This document shows positions 28,069 through 32,000 of a DNA stretch of 32,000 nucleotides, piece after piece. Every line of letters begins with the position of its first letter. Within the stretch, counting starts at the first letter, position 1. A model generated the notes under the pieces. It saw only the letters and a program-made list of their open reading frames with translations, ran no database searches and was not told the DNA's origin. This DNA is from Desulfobulbus propionicus DSM 2032. Lineage in GTDB: Bacteria; Desulfobacterota; Desulfobulbia; Desulfobulbales; Desulfobulbaceae. The stretch spans positions 3,540,001 through 3,572,000 of the forward strand of contig NC_014972.1 of assembly GCF_000186885.1 (NCBI RefSeq). Reading direction: 5' to 3'. Both the position numbers and the translations under genes were made by a program.

Positions 28069-28108
28069 CTCACCCGGCAATCGATAAGCGTCCCGGTTGC
28101 CGGGTGAG
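28069..28108 (-). promoter_or_regulatory. 12-bp intergenic stem-loop between TBDR-1 and cobO
   Basis: CTCACCCGGCAA (28069-28080) pairs with TTGCCGGGTGAG (28097-28108) around a 16-nt loop. The element starts 10 nt after the receptor stop. No U-tract follows on the minus strand, so it is more likely an mRNA processing, stability or attenuation element than a full terminator. Confidence 0.5.
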
Positions 28109-28117
28109 TTGCTGGAT

Positions 28118-30121
28118 TCAAAAATGGAATTTCACACCGCCGTACACGGAGAATCCCTCCATGCAGTAGCCGGATTCCGTGTATTCCTTATCCAACAGGT
28201 TATCAATGCGGGCAAAGAGATCCATATTCTCCAAGGCCTTATACGTACCGGACAGATTCACAGTGGTGACCCCGTCTTCCTCCCAGCGGATACTGTTCCA
28301 GCTCGGATCATTGAGCGGGACAATCTGCGCATCCCGCCAATTGATATCCAAGGCCATGGTCAGCTTGTCCATGGAATAGAGGGTGACGATGAAGTCAATC
28401 TTGTTTCTCGGCAGGTAGGTATTGCGGGTCCAATCGGCATTCTCATCAGCCTTGGAACGGGAGTCGATGTAGGTGTAGGCCAGATCAAATCGAACCATCT
28501 TCCAGGGCTGCACGCGAATCGAGGTCTCAATACCTGAGCTTTCACCCTCCTTGGCGTTGTCGTAACGCATGGCCGTATTATCGAAAATGATCATGTCGTC
28601 GAACTGGGTTTGAAAATAGGTAACCCCTACATTGACCTTGCCCCCTGCCAGCTCCTGGTTGACACCGATCTCGTAACTGGTGCTTTCTTCCGGTTGCAGG
28701 TCCGGGTTACCGATGGTGATCAGGTTGCCGTTATAGAGGTAGCCACCATAAATCTCGTACAATCCCGGAGTGCGATAGCCGGTGCCCACGTGGGCATGGA
28801 GTTTGGTTCCGGTGTTTTTAAACAGATACGCCGCCGAGGTTTCCCAGACAGCCTCACCATCAAATTCATCGTGGTCGTTGTATCGGCCTCCCAGGTTGAT
28901 AAACAGGCTGCGATCAAGCAGGGCAAACTGGGCCTGGCTAAAGACGTCTTTATTCCCCCACGACTCATCAAAACTGACCGGGGTATAATCGCCGGCATAT
29001 TTGTTCTTGGGTTCCTGACCGTCGTAGACGGATTTCTCGTAATCAGCCCCGAGATTGAGTGTCAGCCACTGGTTGAGATGCAGGTTGTGCTGCATTTCCA
29101 CATAACTGGTTTCGCCATCGTAGTTGGATTGGTCTCCCGGAGTGGTGGACCAAAAATAGTGGCGTTCGGTGGCGCCTTGCGAGCCCTTGAGCGAGAAATC
29201 CCACAGCGGCGAGATCGTCTGGTTCCAGTTGAGTCCCACCTGATAGAGTTGCCCTTCGCGATGCTGGTCCGCATAGGCCTGGTTCTTGATCAGACCGCCA
29301 TCGGCGCCCAGACTCGGAGAACTGCCCATGGCCAGATCGGTATCCGAAAAAATGCCGCTGAACTCGACGGTAGTCCTCTCTGTGGGTTTTACGCCTGCCC
29401 CAAAGGTCGCGCCGGTGTTATCGTACCAGTAGCCGTTGGGGCCACCGTTGTTGGCGCCATCGGTGGTGATGTACATGGGGTTGAAATCGACGTAATAGTT
29501 GTCCTTGCCGTAGGCGGCGCGGGCGTTGGTAACATAGGTGCCGTTGGGGCCGAACTCGTTGCGCCATTCCGCCGAAGGCCCGGATTGCCATCTTTTGGGA
29601 ATGATGTTGACCACCCCGCCCATGGCCTGGGAACCGTAGAGGGTACTGTTGGTCCCCTTCAGCACCTCCACCCGATCGAGATTGGAACCGCTGTACATAT
29701 CTTCGATGAAGTATTGCAGGGTGCTCTGGGTGTCGGCGGCATCGCGCAACGGCATGCCGTTGTACTGATATTGAGTGTACTGCGAGCCCGTGCCACGGAT
29801 GCTGATATTGGACCACTGCCCCATACCCCCGAGCCTGCGAAGATAAACGCCGGGCTCGTTGTCGAGCAATTCGGGGAGGAAATACTGTTGTTGCTCCTCC
29901 CGATCCTCGCTGTCGATAATATTGATGCTTTTGGTGGTTTCTTTGAGCAGGGTTTCCGTCCGCGAGGCGGTTACCACGATATCCTCGGCCTTCTGGATGG
30001 TTTGCTGTTCTTCGGAGGTTACGGTTTCCTGGTCATTGGCCAGCGCCGGAACGGCCATCCACGGCATCAGAGCCAGGGCAAAGAGTAACTGGCTCGGTTG
30101 CAGTCTTATTCTTGATTGCAT
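28118..30121 (-). CDS. TonB-dependent outer-membrane receptor (667 aa), BtuB-sized
   Basis: A signal peptide ends in PALA. A TonB-box-like EDIVVTASR is present. Plug motifs include ISIRGTGSQYTQYQYNGMPL and RVEVLKGTNSTLYGSQAMGGVVNII. The C-terminal barrel ends GGVKFHF. AAGGAG lies upstream of ATG 30119-30121. Confidence 0.9.
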   Translation of the reverse strand: MQSRIRLQPSQLLFALALMPWMAVPALANDQETVTSEEQQTIQKAEDIVVTASRTETLLKETTKSINIIDSEDREEQQQYFLPELLDNEPGVYLRRLGGMGQWSNISIRGTGSQYTQYQYNGMPLRDAADTQSTLQYFIEDMYSGSNLDRVEVLKGTNSTLYGSQAMGGVVNIIPKRWQSGPSAEWRNEFGPNGTYVTNARAAYGKDNYYVDFNPMYITTDGANNGGPNGYWYDNTGATFGAGVKPTERTTVEFSGIFSDTDLAMGSSPSLGADGGLIKNQAYADQHREGQLYQVGLNWNQTISPLWDFSLKGSQGATERHYFWSTTPGDQSNYDGETSYVEMQHNLHLNQWLTLNLGADYEKSVYDGQEPKNKYAGDYTPVSFDESWGNKDVFSQAQFALLDRSLFINLGGRYNDHDEFDGEAVWETSAAYLFKNTGTKLHAHVGTGYRTPGLYEIYGGYLYNGNLITIGNPDLQPEESTSYEIGVNQELAGGKVNVGVTYFQTQFDDMIIFDNTAMRYDNAKEGESSGIETSIRVQPWKMVRFDLAYTYIDSRSKADENADWTRNTYLPRNKIDFIVTLYSMDKLTMALDINWRDAQIVPLNDPSWNSIRWEEDGVTTVNLSGTYKALENMDLFARIDNLLDKEYTESGYCMEGFSVYGGVKFHF

Positions 30122-30156
30122 GGGTGTCTCCTTTTTGCTGTTTCTTTAGTTCAATC

Positions 30157-32000
30157 TCAAAACTTATAGGAATAACTGAGAAAAAAGGACTGACCAGGTT
30201 TGGGGTAACCCTTTTTCTCGTAGTAGTCCTCGTCAAAGAGGTTATCGATGGTCAGCGCCACCCGGTGGTGCTCCAGAAAATTGTAGCCCACCACAAAATC
30301 GATCACGGTAAAGGAAGGGTATTCGATCTCCGGGTAACCGGCGGTAACCCAGTCGGTGTCACGCATCGGTCCAACGGTACGAAAATGGAGACGGCTGTCG
30401 ATGGTGCCATCATCGTATTCCACCCCATAGTTATAGGTGTAGTCGGCGACATTGTAGATATCGCGATTGGTGCCGGCAGTGACCTCCTCTTCCGCCGAAA
30501 AGATGGTGGTATTGTTGACGTAGAACTTGAGGCTGCGGTTCCAGTGCAGGGGTACGCCGAGATCAAAACTCAAGGTTGATTCCAGCCCCTGAATATCGGC
30601 ACCCAGTGCGTTGATATAGGTTTTGACGTTACCGCTCTGGGTGGTGGTGATGCGATCATCGACCGTGGTGTCGAAATAGGTGACATCCAATGCCACACCC
30701 CAGGCAGGGAGTTCATAGCCGACACCCGCGTCCCAGGTGGTCGAGGTTTCGGGATCAAGTCCGCTGTTGCCTTGGGTGATCATGGTGACGCCGCCGACCA
30801 TGGTTTCGGAATAACCGGCCAGTTCAAAAGCGCTGGGCGGGACAAAGGCTTGGCCGATGGTGGAATGCAGTCGAATACCGGAATCAAAGAGGTAGTTGGC
30901 GCCGACCCGGGGACTGAAGGTGGAAAAATCCTCGGTCGTGGGATCAAAGCCGCTCATGTAGGGGGTGGACAGGGTTTCAACCTCAAAGGTGTCATAACGT
31001 CCGCCGCCGGTGAGGGTCAGGCGTTTATCATTGAACTTCCACACCGATTCGAGATAACCGGCCAAGTTGGTGCGGCCTTCATCGGGGGAAGAGGGCGCCT
31101 TGCGGCTGCCGCTGGTGGTGTAACTGCGCGAGAGTTTTTCGATGTACTGGTAATCGAATCCAGCAATAAACTTGTGATCGCCCCAGGTGTAGGTATCCTG
31201 CAACTGCCACCCATCCCAGGTGGTGTCGGAATCATAGCTCCGATAGGTGGGAACGGTTTTGCTACCGGAATAGTTCGAGTAATTTTCAGCCTCTTCCTCG
31301 GTATGGTAGACGGTGGCCCCGACCTCATTATTGGCGCCCAGTCCGCCACCGACCCGCAGATCGACACCGTTATTGTCGATATCCTTGCTGCCGCTGCGCA
31401 CATCGCCGTAGGCCACGTCACCGGGGGTTTCAATGTCACGGCCCTGGTACATATTGGCGGAAAAATCCGCTCGCCAGTCATCGGCAAAATTGCCGCCAAT
31501 GCGCACTGAACCGTTGCGGGTGCTGTAGGCGGTGCTGGCGCGTTCATCACCATTGTCCCCGGTTTTCAGATTATCGGCCTGCTCGTACCGGCCAGCAGCC
31601 ACATTAAAATCCAGCTTGTCGGCAATAATGGCCCCACCGGTATTCAGTTTCTCGAAATTGGTATCAAAGCTGCCAAATCCGGCCTCTACCTCACCGGCAA
31701 TGCCCTTAGTATTTTTCTTGGTGATCACATTGACCACGCCTCCCATAGCCTCGGCACCGTACAACGAGGAGGCGGGTCCTTTAAGGACCTCAATGCGTTC
31801 GACGTTATCGGTGAGCACGGTGGCCAGGTTGGTGGCACCAATGGGGCGGCCGTCGAGAAGAATCAAGCTGTGTTTGGTGATACCGGAAAACTCGGGCCGG
31901 AAGCCGCGGATGCCGATACCTGCCAAGGCTCCCGGATACTCGATCACACTGACCGAACTCGATTTTTTCAGCTGTTCGGTGATCATGGTGGCTGCGGTCA
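30157..32000 (-). CDS. TonB-dependent outer-membrane receptor, 5'-partial (N-terminus beyond the window edge)
   Basis: Plug motifs are present (IGIRGFRPE, LILLDGRPIG, RIEVLKGPASSLYGAEAMGGVVNVITK). The barrel ends FFLSYSYKF. The reading frame stays open from 31986 to position 32000, so the signal peptide and TonB box lie outside the window. Confidence 0.9.
   Translation of the reverse strand, partial: TAATMITEQLKKSSSVSVIEYPGALAGIGIRGFRPEFSGITKHSLILLDGRPIGATNLATVLTDNVERIEVLKGPASSLYGAEAMGGVVNVITKKNTKGIAGEVEAGFGSFDTNFEKLNTGGAIIADKLDFNVAAGRYEQADNLKTGDNGDERASTAYSTRNGSVRIGGNFADDWRADFSANMYQGRDIETPGDVAYGDVRSGSKDIDNNGVDLRVGGGLGANNEVGATVYHTEEEAENYSNYSGSKTVPTYRSYDSDTTWDGWQLQDTYTWGDHKFIAGFDYQYIEKLSRSYTTSGSRKAPSSPDEGRTNLAGYLESVWKFNDKRLTLTGGGRYDTFEVETLSTPYMSGFDPTTEDFSTFSPRVGANYLFDSGIRLHSTIGQAFVPPSAFELAGYSETMVGGVTMITQGNSGLDPETSTTWDAGVGYELPAWGVALDVTYFDTTVDDRITTTQSGNVKTYINALGADIQGLESTLSFDLGVPLHWNRSLKFYVNNTTIFSAEEEVTAGTNRDIYNVADYTYNYGVEYDDGTIDSRLHFRTVGPMRDTDWVTAGYPEIEYPSFTVIDFVVGYNFLEHHRVALTIDNLFDEDYYEKKGYPKPGQSFFLSYSYKF

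Noticed and set aside
28610-30088. 492-aa plus-strand ORF antisense to TonB-dependent receptor 1
   Set aside because: The minus-strand product has a signal peptide, a plug and a C-terminal Phe barrel terminus. The plus-strand translation is Gly/Val/Ile-rich with no motifs.

Overview
This is a high-GC bacterial window. Hand-counted 60-nt lines give about 67% GC in core genes and about 35% in one islet. The gene content suggests an anaerobic organism using the propionate/succinate (methylmalonyl-CoA) pathway, but that taxonomic guess is inference only.

Layout, left to right:
1. 52-2284 (-): a phage-type recombination module (Rad52-like annealase, Cas4-like Fe-S PD-(D/E)XK exonuclease, SSB). 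An AT-rich, palindrome-dense spacer follows.
2. An outer-membrane beta-barrel gene and a small RHH-like ORF.
3. 4404-9938 (-): the adenosylcobalamin-dependent methylmalonyl-CoA mutase operon mutA-mutB-meaB. Its ~650-nt leader (9961-10587) holds two complete cobalamin riboswitch aptamers, each followed by its own intrinsic terminator.
4. Small hypothetical genes and a visibly AT-rich islet (~11.3-13.0 kb). The islet carries a ParA-like ATPase translationally coupled to a small HeH/SAP-like protein.
5. 13581-15930 (+): a polar amino-acid ABC transporter.
6. 16033-32000 (-): an 11-gene cluster that runs off the right edge.

The 11-gene cluster encodes, in transcription order:
- two TonB-dependent receptors
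- the cobO adenosyltransferase
- a radical-SAM/SPASM enzyme
- a tandem CN-hydrolase protein
- a 1258-aa CobN/ChlH-family protein with no AAA+ partner visible
- a membrane-anchored periplasmic protein
- a NapH-like polyferredoxin
- a single-subunit HGD-D-family (double-cubane-reductase-like) protein
- its HgdC-type activase
- a Cys-containing membrane protein

This cluster, with its chain of overlapping stop/start junctions, is my best candidate for an undescribed system: an ATP- and low-potential-electron-driven corrinoid/metallotetrapyrrole salvage or remodelling machine. The tandem B12 riboswitch on a B12-dependent operon is the second most interesting feature. No rRNA, tRNA, CRISPR array, transposase or integrase was recognised. 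All family calls rest on motif reading by eye; no searches were run.
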